DNA of 32,800 nt, from contig CAZUOL010000020.1 of NCBI GenBank assembly GCA_964621845.1, positions 1-32,800 on the forward strand, read 5' to 3'. The translations under genes and the position numbers were made by a program. Below are positions 26,101 through 32,800 of this stretch, piece by piece (the stretch's first letter is position 1; every line of letters starts with the position of its first letter). The DNA comes from an uncultured Candidatus Saccharibacteria bacterium (lineage in GTDB: Bacteria > Patescibacteriota > Saccharimonadia > Saccharimonadales > UBA7683). The notes under the pieces are model-generated. The model saw nothing but the letters and a program-made list of their open reading frames with translations, was not told the origin of the DNA and searched no databases.

Positions 26101-26797
26101 TAAGCATCCACTTGATGGCTATGATGTCTTCTTGGCTGAAAATACGTTGCCACTTGCCAGTATAAACAATTCTATGGAGGGTAAGACGGTCACTGTTGGT
26201 GGGGTGGTGTCGACAGTTCGCGCTATCACGACGAAAAATGGCGCCAAAATGGCATTTGTAAAGATAGAAGATAAAAGTGCAGAATGTGAACTTGTTGTTT
26301 TCCCAGGGGTGTACGAGAAGCTCAATGCGTCGTGGCAGCAAGACCACGTAGTAATGGTAAAAGGTAAGGTGAATTATAAAGATCGCGATGGTAATATGGG
26401 CCAAGAGCTGAAAATATTAGCAGACCAGGCTAACTTAGTAACCGAAGAAGACGCCAAAGCCTATCAGGCGAAAGGGAGGATACCAAAGCCGCCCAAAGGG
26501 AGTAAGCCGACTGTGGTTGCTAAGCCGGCGAAACAGCCATCGCCGCGACCGGTTGAAAATGAATATCAAACGGCTGAACGCCTGTACGTTCACCTAAAAG
26601 ATCCAAATGACAACGAAAAGCTGCTTGCGCTGAAGCAGATTGCCAGCGAGTTCCCGGGCGATGCCGATCTTGTATTGGTGCTTGGGGAAGATGCGCAAAA
26701 GACGGCACTGAAAATGCCGTTTAAAATAAATCGTAATGACGCACTTCGTGAAAAACTTTCTGGAGTCTTTACGCCTGATTGCATCGTATTTAAATAG
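23144..26797 (+). CDS. dnaE: DNA polymerase III alpha subunit
   Basis: PHP domain HLHNHTQYSLLDG. Polymerase core motifs PDIDIDI, KMDFLGLSNLT, GVFQLES and FNKSHAACY. An OB-fold region is present. Length is 1217 aa. Confidence 0.97.
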   Translation: MGVKQTLKASDYVHLHNHTQYSLLDGLTKIPKLIDFVKIDGMEAVAMTDHGTLSGAIDFYKTANAQGIKPLIGIETYVAARNHTDKDPQKDKARFHLILIAMNNKGYENLMRLSTIANLEGYYYYPRIDHELLEKYNEGLLVTSACMGGEVGQALKEGDVRKAEKIAAWYKSVFGDRYYLEIQDHGHPKNSLYNKEQGDINKAVLALGKKLDIQVVLTCDAHYLQHEDQEAHEALLCVGTGAYLSDEGRMSLKDFPLHVVSAHELIDRWGGEHPEVISNTKALADRCELTLELGKILIPKFPVPKGEDEKSYLHKLVYRGLAWRYGAVEEARAHRITEEEAKKTLPPEILERAQFELGVIDKMGFNGYFLIVQDFINWGKNQGIVFGPGRGSAAGSIVAFALRITELDPIKYDLLFERFLNPDRISMPDIDIDIQDTRRNEVIEYCANKYGHDHVANIVTFGTMAARAAIRDVARVMQVPYAEADRLSKLVPPPVQGRHIPLATSIKEDPDLKREYEENSTSKEVIDLAIRLEGTIRSHGVHAAGVVIAPDDIVKFVPLEMAQKGVVSTQYAMGPVEELGLLKMDFLGLSNLTIIRNALRIIKRVYGRAIEFDEIPLDDMKTFELFQRGDTTGVFQLESAGMKRYLKELKPTAFDDIIAMVALYRPGPMQFIGDFIARKHGEKEITYLHPGLENSLKSTYGILVYQEQFMQISKEWCGFTGGQADTLRKAVGKKKIDLMRKMKIEFVEGAIKNGGADQLVAEKFWDQLEEFANYCFNKSHAACYGLIAYWTAYLKAHYPDAFMAALMTSDADDIDRLAIEINECRHMGIEVLSPDVNESFVEFGVVKGKKQIRFGMSAIKNVGVGAVEEIIRVREEGGHFKHIHDFVSRVDTRKVNRKVWESLIKSGAFDSFGETRGDLLFNLDALLALGSKIQKERETNQADIFGGLDDASPSITPQFVFEKAPEQMAERDALLFERELLGLYLSKHPLDGYDVFLAENTLPLASINNSMEGKTVTVGGVVSTVRAITTKNGAKMAFVKIEDKSAECELVVFPGVYEKLNASWQQDHVVMVKGKVNYKDRDGNMGQELKILADQANLVTEEDAKAYQAKGRIPKPPKGSKPTVVAKPAKQPSPRPVENEYQTAERLYVHLKDPNDNEKLLALKQIASEFPGDADLVLVLGEDAQKTALKMPFKINRNDALREKLSGVFTPDCIVFK

Positions 26798-27302
26798 CCC
26801 TAGTGAGCTCATAAAGCGCTATCGCAGTTGCAACAGAAACATTAAGCGATTCTTTTTTGCCTTGCATGGGGATTTCCATAATATAATCCATTTGTACCAA
26901 TATGCTCGGTGAAACGCCATGCACTTCATTGCCAACGATAAGTGCAATCGACTCAGTATCTGATGCTTTGAGTCGCTTGCTGATATCTTTTGGGTTGTTG
27001 CTCGCTTCGTGCTGTTCGAGGGCGATTAGTGTCGCATGATCATTATGGAGAGTGGCAAGAACCTCTTCGATTGTGTGATAATGTTTAAAATTGACGGTGC
27101 TTTCTGCACCGAGGGCAGTTTTATGGATTTGGCGCGTTATCTTATCGGCAAAATGCGGTATGCGTGAATCACCTTCGAAGGTAGGATACGGCGTGTACCC
27201 ACTAAAGAGTATTTCTTGAATACCGAGCCCATCACACGTTCGAAAAAATGCTCCTACGTTGTGGGTGCTGCGAATATCGTGGGCCACTAAAGTTATTTTC
27301 AT
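26790..27302 (-). CDS. SpoU/TrmH-family RNA 2'-O-methyltransferase
   Basis: HNVGAFFRTCDGLG, ALIVGNEVHGVS and ESLNVSVATAIALYEL are SpoU motifs 1-3. Confidence 0.85.
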   Translation of the reverse strand: MKITLVAHDIRSTHNVGAFFRTCDGLGIQEILFSGYTPYPTFEGDSRIPHFADKITRQIHKTALGAESTVNFKHYHTIEEVLATLHNDHATLIALEQHEASNNPKDISKRLKASDTESIALIVGNEVHGVSPSILVQMDYIMEIPMQGKKESLNVSVATAIALYELTRAI

Positions 27303-27311
27303 ATCCTAACT

Positions 27312-27320
27312 AGTATAACA
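27312..27320 (-). promoter_or_regulatory. Extended -10 TGtTATACT (minus strand), 9 nt before ATG 27302
   Basis: The minus strand reads TGTTATACTAGTTAGGATATG. Confidence 0.4.
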
Positions 27321-27344
27321 GTGTAAACCTCTTATGTTTTGGGG

Positions 27345-27350
27345 TACAAT
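27345..27350 (+). promoter_or_regulatory. -10 box TACAAT, 8 nt before ATG 27359
   Basis: GGGGTACAATAATGGTATATG. Confidence 0.4.
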
Positions 27351-27358
27351 AATGGTAT

Positions 27359-28975
27359 ATGTCTTTCGGTGATGCAGCAGATCAAGAGAAGTTCCGCGAA
27401 AGCGAGGAGCAGGCTACCCAAAAGCGGGCTGATTTATTAAAGCTCGAATACGTTGATAGTCGTGGCTTAACAGATATAGCCCTGGCTCGTAACGTACTGA
27501 CGAATCAAGAAATGTACGAGAAAAAGCTCGTGCCGCTTTATGATACTGGGTCTGGGTATACGTTTGGCATTACGATTGGTACTCCACAACAGACACTCCG
27601 TGAGTTACGTGATCGATATGAAGATAAAAATGTGAATTTTGTCATGATAAGCAACGCTGGCTTTAAGGAGTTCATGCTCCGTTTTGATCCGCCAAAAGAG
27701 GTGCACTACGAAGACATCACAGTGAAATCAGAAGGTGCAAGCGACAATATCATGCAGGTGTCGCAGACACTCGAAGGAGTAAAATCAGACGATATCCTGG
27801 AATATGTTATAAACCAAGCCGATAAGATTGGTGCTTCAGATATTCACTTTGAAACAGCACGGCGCGGCGTGCGAGTGCGGTTCCGTATCGACGGAGCCCT
27901 TCATTTAATTGCAGTAGTTTCGCACCAAAAATATCGTCAATTACAGCAATCCATAGCGGTGAAAGCGAACATTTCAACATCGGCACCAGATGCCCAAACT
28001 GGTCATTTAACACAGCAGATCGAAACAGCAGATGGCAAAGGAAAGACCCTAAATATGCGCATCGAAACCGTACCAACAATGTACGGTCAAGATGCTGTGG
28101 TACGACTATTCAATATGGATACCAGTTTGCTTAACCTTGATAACCTTGGTCTTTCTGAGCGCGAACGAGCGCCAATAGATGAGGTGATTTCACGACCACA
28201 TGGGATGGTGCTCATGGTAGGTCCAACTGGGTCGGGTAAAACAACTACCCTCTACTCAATTTTGCAAAAACTTAACACTCCTGAAAGAAAAATTGTCACT
28301 TTAGAAGATCCTGTAGAGTATGCGCTTGATGGTATGAGCCAAATCCCTGTGTATACAAGAGAGGGTGATAGTTTTGCAAATAAACTGCGTGCTGTGCTTC
28401 GTTTAGATCCAGATGTTGTCATGGTCGGCGAGATTCGGGATGTTGATACCGCTCGCACCGCCCTACAGGCTTCTATTACCGGTCACTTGGTGCTTTCTAC
28501 GTTTCATGCCGGCTCGGCGGCGGAAGCCTTTACCCGAATGATCGATATGATTGGCCAGAATCCAATACTCGTTTCTGCAATTAAACTAATCATTAGTCAG
28601 CGTCTTGTACGTCGCCTAGACGACGCTACCAAGCAGCCCTACGAACCAGATGACGCGGTGAAGCAGCACATCAAGGACGTGCTGAAAGATTTGCCAGAAC
28701 ATATCGAAAAACCAAATTTAGAAAAAATTACATTGTATAAGCCCGGGAAGTCGGCCGAAAATCCGTTTGGTTATAAAGGTCGGGTTTCTGTGCTCGAGGA
28801 GCTGAAGCTAAGCGCTGAAGTGCAGGGGCTATTGAAGAACGCGTTTCAGATGCCTACTGCGCCAGAAATAGAGGCGGCGGCCCGTAAAAACGGAATGATT
28901 ACGATGTATCAAGATGGCATATTAAAAGCCTTGCAAGGCATTACTACAATAGAAGAAGTCGCCCGCGTTATTTAA
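27359..28975 (+). CDS. pilB: GspE/PilB-family type IV pilus / type II secretion assembly ATPase
   Basis: Walker A GPTGSGKTTTLYS, Asp box LEDPVEY, Walker B DPDVVMVGEIRD and His box GHLVLSTFHA. The usual tetracysteine segment is absent, and the protein has no Cys. Confidence 0.88.
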   Translation: MSFGDAADQEKFRESEEQATQKRADLLKLEYVDSRGLTDIALARNVLTNQEMYEKKLVPLYDTGSGYTFGITIGTPQQTLRELRDRYEDKNVNFVMISNAGFKEFMLRFDPPKEVHYEDITVKSEGASDNIMQVSQTLEGVKSDDILEYVINQADKIGASDIHFETARRGVRVRFRIDGALHLIAVVSHQKYRQLQQSIAVKANISTSAPDAQTGHLTQQIETADGKGKTLNMRIETVPTMYGQDAVVRLFNMDTSLLNLDNLGLSERERAPIDEVISRPHGMVLMVGPTGSGKTTTLYSILQKLNTPERKIVTLEDPVEYALDGMSQIPVYTREGDSFANKLRAVLRLDPDVVMVGEIRDVDTARTALQASITGHLVLSTFHAGSAAEAFTRMIDMIGQNPILVSAIKLIISQRLVRRLDDATKQPYEPDDAVKQHIKDVLKDLPEHIEKPNLEKITLYKPGKSAENPFGYKGRVSVLEELKLSAEVQGLLKNAFQMPTAPEIEAAARKNGMITMYQDGILKALQGITTIEEVARVI

Positions 28976-30098
28976 CTACGGCTGCGATTTTTTGGGTGAG
29001 GTCTTTAACGAAGATTGACGGGATGATTTCATCTGGAGTGGGGATTTTTATGAATGCTGCAATTGTTTCGGCAGCAGCGATTTTGTGTTCATCTGTTATG
29101 GTTTTTATTCCATTGTCGAGTGCACCACGGAATATACCTGGGAAGGCCAGAGCATTATTTACCTGATTTGGAAAATCGCTTCTGCCAGTGGCAACCACTT
29201 TAGCACCCGCTTTAAGTGCGGAATCTGGCATAATTTCTGGTGTTGGGTTGGACAAGGCAAAGATCACAGGATCGTTTGCCATGGTGCTTACCATTTCGGA
29301 TGTTAACAGACCAGGTTGCGATACGCCAATAAACACGTCAGCGTCATTTACGGCATCAACCAAAGAACCGGGCTGAGTATTATCCGAAAATTTGAGCAAC
29401 AGCTGTTTCTCGTCATTCAAGTTAACCCGTGATGGTTCAATAATACCCTTACTATCAACTGCGACAATTTCAGGGTGGGCGTATTTGTAGAGTAATTTTG
29501 CTATTGCGACACCTGCTGCACCAGCGCCAACTAACACTATCTTGCAATCTGATAGGTTTTTGCCAACCACCTTCATGGCATTGATGAGACCTGCGAGCAC
29601 GACAATAGCAGTACCGTGTTGGTCATCGTGCATAATGGGGATGTTTAGCTCTTGTTTCAATCGTTCTTCTACTTCAAAGCAAATGGGCGCAGCGATGTCC
29701 TCAAGATTAATTGCACCAAAGCTTGGCGCAATTGCTTTTACGGTACTCACAATTTCATCTGCGCTATGCACGTCTAAAACAACAGGCACTGCATCTATAT
29801 TGGCGAACTGTTTGAAGAGCATGCACTTACCCTCCATAACAGGTAGCGCGCCAACTGGGCCGATGTTACCGAGACCAAGGACGGCAGAACCATCAGATAT
29901 AACAGCCACAGAATTGTTTAACCAGGTGTACTCCCGAGCCTGTTCAGGATGTTCAGCTATGTACGAGCTCACCGCACCAACTCCTGGCGTGTAATACAGC
30001 GCCAACTTATCTTTCACATCAAGCGTATCTTTTAAAGTAACCTCAATTTTGCCACGTAGTTTTTTGTGTTGCTCAAGAGCTTGATTATTCACAGTCAT
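28968..30098 (-). CDS. NAD(P)-dependent malic enzyme (short form)
   Basis: LALYYTPGVG, VISDGSAVLGLGNIGP..ALPVMEGKCMLFK, FGAINLEDI and VLVGAGAAG. Confidence 0.92.
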   Translation of the reverse strand: MTVNNQALEQHKKLRGKIEVTLKDTLDVKDKLALYYTPGVGAVSSYIAEHPEQAREYTWLNNSVAVISDGSAVLGLGNIGPVGALPVMEGKCMLFKQFANIDAVPVVLDVHSADEIVSTVKAIAPSFGAINLEDIAAPICFEVEERLKQELNIPIMHDDQHGTAIVVLAGLINAMKVVGKNLSDCKIVLVGAGAAGVAIAKLLYKYAHPEIVAVDSKGIIEPSRVNLNDEKQLLLKFSDNTQPGSLVDAVNDADVFIGVSQPGLLTSEMVSTMANDPVIFALSNPTPEIMPDSALKAGAKVVATGRSDFPNQVNNALAFPGIFRGALDNGIKTITDEHKIAAAETIAAFIKIPTPDEIIPSIFVKDLTQKIAAVVK

Positions 30099-30104
30099 TC
30101 GTTA

Positions 30105-30110
30105 ATAATA
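30105..30110 (-). promoter_or_regulatory. -10 box TATTAT (minus strand), 6 nt before the malic enzyme ATG
   Basis: The minus strand reads CCGTATTATTAACGAATG. Confidence 0.4.
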
Positions 30111-30136
30111 CGGCATGATAAAGGTAATTACCACCA

Positions 30137-30313
30137 ATGCCAAATGAACAATTATTTCAACCACGAACCATAACTGCGCGCGCTCTGGGCGTTCAGGTGG
30201 ATCATAAAGCACCTGACATATCTGATCGCGATCAAGAAGAGTATCAGTTCCCTGATCTTGATGGCTATAAACGAGCGGCAGGGGCAGTGGTCTTGCTTGC
30301 CATAAACGAATAG
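30137..30313 (+). CDS. Candidate 58-aa ORF in the 325-nt intergenic region (below the track cutoff); speculative
   Basis: ATG 30137 to TAG 30311-30313, encoding MPNEQLFQPRTITARALGVQVDHKAPDISDRDQEEYQFPDLDGYKRAAGAVVLLAINE. No SD and no motif recognised. Confidence 0.25.
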   Translation: MPNEQLFQPRTITARALGVQVDHKAPDISDRDQEEYQFPDLDGYKRAAGAVVLLAINE

Positions 30314-30367
30314 CCTTTATTGAAGCCGAGCAGTTATTAGATTAATCTTGCTGAAGACTAACAGATG

Positions 30368-30376
30368 TGGTAAACT
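30368..30376 (+). promoter_or_regulatory. Extended -10 TGgTAAACT for rplS (about 40-nt leader)
   Basis: GATGTGGTAAACTGTG, with AAGG upstream of ATG 30424. Confidence 0.35.
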
Positions 30377-30423
30377 GTGTAACAATTGCAAAAAAAGTAA
30401 TGATAAGGTAAAGTTGTTTAGTT

Positions 30424-30951
30424 ATGCATGCAGTTATTCAAAACATCGAAAACAAATTCCGTAAATCACAGGTTGTTGATGTACGTAGTGGTGACACAGT
30501 AAAAGTGCACCAGAAGATCAAAGAAGGCGCCAAAGAACGTATTCAGATTTTTGAAGGCTTGGTTATCAGAACAGACAGAAAGGATAGCCTTACCAGCACT
30601 ATTACCGTGCGACGTATCGCGAGCGGTATCGGTGTAGAAAAAACCTTCTTAATGCACAGCCCAACAGTTACCAAGGTTGAAATCGTGAAACGAAGCAAGG
30701 TTCGCCGCAAGTACCTTACCTATATGCGTAAGCGAAGTGGTAAAAGCGCTCGTCTTGCAAGTGTTGACTTTGATAAATCAATCAATGACGTTCACGATGC
30801 CAAGGCAGAGGCTGAAGAGGCGAAACTACACGAGGAAGCTGAAAAACAGCACGAAATCGATGCTGCAAAAAAAGCTGAAGCTGATGCCGAGCTAGAGGCA
30901 AAGGCGAAGGCAGTCGAAGACGCACACAAAGCGACCGAAACCACTGAATAG
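30424..30951 (+). CDS. rplS: 50S ribosomal protein L19 with an A/E/K-rich C-terminal extension of about 60 aa
   Basis: L19 core: VRSGDTVKVHQKIKEGAKERIQIFEGLVI...ITVRRIASGIGVEKTFLMHSP...VEIVKRSKVRRKYLTYMR. The tail begins KAEAEEAKLHEEAEKQHEIDAAKKAEADAELEAKAKA. Confidence 0.93.
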   Translation: MHAVIQNIENKFRKSQVVDVRSGDTVKVHQKIKEGAKERIQIFEGLVIRTDRKDSLTSTITVRRIASGIGVEKTFLMHSPTVTKVEIVKRSKVRRKYLTYMRKRSGKSARLASVDFDKSINDVHDAKAEAEEAKLHEEAEKQHEIDAAKKAEADAELEAKAKAVEDAHKATETTE

Positions 30952-30976
30952 CAATAAGCAATACGAAGCCAGCAAT

Positions 30977-31006
30977 GTGCGCCCAAATAGGGCGTACATT
31001 TATATC
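30977..31006 (+). terminator. Intrinsic terminator after rplS
   Basis: Stem GTGCGCCC / GGGCGTAC (one G-U pair), loop AAATA, then the T-rich run ATTTATATCT. Confidence 0.55.
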
Positions 31007-31017
31007 TATCAAGTATG

Positions 31018-31042
31018 TGCGCCAAGGACGGACCCTGGCGCA
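31018..31042. other. Second hairpin TGCGCCA-11 nt-TGGCGCA just upstream of the rnhB promoter
   Basis: Perfect 7-bp inverted repeat. Its role is unknown. Confidence 0.3.
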
Positions 31043-31053
31043 TTGTTGGGCGG

Positions 31054-31062
31054 TGCTATAAT
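31054..31062 (+). promoter_or_regulatory. Extended -10 TGcTATAAT, 6 nt before ATG 31069 (leaderless-type)
   Basis: GCGGTGCTATAATTTGATTATGG. Confidence 0.5.
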
Positions 31063-31068
31063 TTGATT

Positions 31069-31635
31069 ATGGTTATTGGTGTTGATGAAGTGGGGAGAGG
31101 GTGCTGGGCAGGGCCATTGGTTGCTGCTGCCGTTGGGTTTTTGGGTCGTGTGCCAGAGGGTTTGAGCGATTCAAAGAAGCTGAGTGCCAAGCGACGTATG
31201 CAGCTGGCACAAGTAATTCAAAATGCGACTGAATACATAGGGATAGGTTGGGTATGGCCGAAGGAGATAAACAAACTCGGTCTTACAAAGTCTGTACAGG
31301 TGGCCATGCAGCGAGCCTACAATGCATTGCCTGGCCTCCCGGGTGAGTGTCAGATCATAGTTGATGGCAACATAAATTATCTTAGCCATATATCACGATC
31401 TAAGGCAGAGGTGAGAGCTGATGGTAGTGTTTCGGAGGTTTCTGCAGCTTCTATTGTGGCAAAGGTGGCACGCGATGCATACATGCAGCAGATTGCATTG
31501 AAATACCAAGGCTACGGCTTTGAAGCGCATGTTGGCTATGGTACCAGGCAGCATGTCAAAGCTTTGCAGCGATACGGCGTCCTGCCAATACACCGCGTTC
31601 ATTACAAACCAATCCGGGCGTTACTTGCAACATGA
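31069..31635 (+). CDS. rnhB: Ribonuclease HII
   Basis: MVIGVDEVGRGCWAGPLV, DSKKLS and the SAASIVAK motif. ATG 31069 is preferred over the track start 31015. Confidence 0.9.
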   Translation: MVIGVDEVGRGCWAGPLVAAAVGFLGRVPEGLSDSKKLSAKRRMQLAQVIQNATEYIGIGWVWPKEINKLGLTKSVQVAMQRAYNALPGLPGECQIIVDGNINYLSHISRSKAEVRADGSVSEVSAASIVAKVARDAYMQQIALKYQGYGFEAHVGYGTRQHVKALQRYGVLPIHRVHYKPIRALLAT

Positions 31636-31973
31636 CCAATTACCAAAGGGGGCATGATGCCGAAAAGGTTGCGGCAACATATCTTAAAAAACGAGGCTAT
31701 GAGGTGCTCGAACTGAATTGGCGAACCAGGCTGTGCGAGATTGATATCGTTGCTAAAAAGCGCAATGTTATATATTTCGTTGAAGTAAAATCAAGAAGCT
31801 CTGATAAGCAGGGATCGGGGTTAGATTATATAACTCAAGCTAAACTAAAACAGATGCGTTTTGCAGCCGAATGCTGGGCAAATGATCATGATTACAACGG
31901 TGACTATGAACTTGCTGCTATAGAAATTTGCAACAATACAACCGTATCTAGCTTTATAGCTTCAATTAGTTAG
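31632..31973 (+). CDS. yraN: YraN-family (UPF0102) endonuclease-like protein
   Basis: GHDAEKVAATYLKKRGYEVLELNWR..CEIDIVA....IYFVEVKSR. ATGA overlap with rnhB, which is a common rnhB-yraN pairing. Confidence 0.85.
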   Translation: MTNYQRGHDAEKVAATYLKKRGYEVLELNWRTRLCEIDIVAKKRNVIYFVEVKSRSSDKQGSGLDYITQAKLKQMRFAAECWANDHDYNGDYELAAIEICNNTTVSSFIASIS

Positions 31974-32800
31974 AATGTTCCTTGAGCCAGGTTTTGATGT
32001 TCGCTTCGTCGCGTTGGCGCCAGGCAATGCGCGCCTCAATTTCATCTAAACCAACGTCGATGTTGCGCTCTAGGGCAACGATGAGCCGCTTTGGCTCGAA
32101 AAACTTTCGGTACTTTGTTTGCCACTCAGTTGTAGAGATGAATTTGGCACCGTACAAGGGGAAATAATCGTAAGATTTACCTGAGCCAAGGGTTATTTCT
32201 ACCCATCCCCAGTTTTCTTCGAGCCAATCCCAGATAGCCTCTCGTGTGTGACGATTTCGCATAAGATAGGCAAACCAGCGGAATAGATCTTGCGGTCGAA
32301 CGACTTCAGCGTCGGTCAAAAATGTTGTGAGCTGCTGGGCGCGTTTTTCACTTTTGGTACTGGCCAATGCTGAGGCGATGTCTTCTTGTAGATCTGCCGA
32401 ACCGGTCGCTTTATACAGTTCTAGCAATTGGTCAAACGCTTCTTGATCATAATGCCGCACCATGACACCCATAAGCATCGAACGAAGTTCGCTTGGCAGG
32501 TCCGCAGGATTCTTCTCGGATGCATAAAGTGTGTGAGCATGTGCAAGTGCTTCCTCATCCTCTCCTGCAATCATAAGGCCAATCAACGTGTTACGCATAT
32601 GAGTGGCGTTTGGGTCCTCACCATCCTGCGATTCCCAGCCATACTTTTCATGGAGCGGTGAAGCTAACTTTTTGGTGAAATGTTTAATCAGTTTTTCAGT
32701 TTCAGCGTCACCCTCTGTGAGTGTTTTTGCATTGCCAATTACCATCGAAATTAAACTCCAAACGGCGTGTCGTGGTTCGTGCGACATCTGGGCGATAAGT
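31966..32800 (-). CDS. pepN: M1-family aminopeptidase (aminopeptidase N-like), C-terminal ERAP1-like domain; the 5' end is outside the window
   Basis: The reading frame stays open to the window edge. The all-helical repeat sequence with VVRPQDLFRWF...NRHTREAIWDWLEENW...FF resembles the aminopeptidase N C-terminal domain. Confidence 0.7.
   Translation of the reverse strand, partial: LIAQMSHEPRHAVWSLISMVIGNAKTLTEGDAETEKLIKHFTKKLASPLHEKYGWESQDGEDPNATHMRNTLIGLMIAGEDEEALAHAHTLYASEKNPADLPSELRSMLMGVMVRHYDQEAFDQLLELYKATGSADLQEDIASALASTKSEKRAQQLTTFLTDAEVVRPQDLFRWFAYLMRNRHTREAIWDWLEENWGWVEITLGSGKSYDYFPLYGAKFISTTEWQTKYRKFFEPKRLIVALERNIDVGLDEIEARIAWRQRDEANIKTWLKEHSN

Overview
This is a densely coding chromosomal segment that uses the standard genetic code: TAA, TAG and TGA all terminate well-conserved genes. 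I call about 38 protein genes and find no rRNA, tRNA, CRISPR array, integrase, transposase or reverse transcriptase.

Gene content:
- Redox and protein maturation: FKBP isomerase, NrdH-like redoxin, trxB, def.
- Nucleotide housekeeping: ppa, a SAM methyltransferase and two Nudix genes.
- A contiguous sugar-phosphate block: gap, rpiB, rpe, split tkt and fba.
- Translation and replication: gatCAB, recF, dnaE, rplS, rnhB and yraN.
- Others: a TrmH/SpoU methyltransferase, a PilB/GspE-type ATPase, malic enzyme, and the 3' part of an M1 aminopeptidase.

The mix of split transketolase, GatCAB, an orphan pilus ATPase and many overlapping genes fits a reduced-genome Patescibacteria/CPR organism, possibly Saccharibacteria-like. 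That placement is inferred from gene content only.

I do not see a clear-cut new multi-gene system. The best candidate is a soluble TraD/VirD4/HerA-clade P-loop ATPase (12553-14640) whose stop overlaps the start of a 235-aa cysteine-ladder protein of unknown function (14637-15344). An orphan alpha/beta-hydrolase-like gene lies convergent to them (15341-16540).

Other points worth a second look:
- gap carries a single in-frame TAG but is otherwise fully conserved.
- The Walker-A region of the ABC ATPase at the left edge is heavily damaged.
- Fourteen starts (13 genes and one 25-codon sORF) sit 6-10 nt behind a -10 box, suggesting leaderless mRNAs.
- A 30-nt hairpin element occurs twice in opposite orientation with a compensatory stem change.
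- Five of six convergent gene pairs overlap at their 3' ends.
- The PilB-like ATPase contains no cysteine at all.

All functional calls rest on motifs I recognise in the translations. No database search was run.
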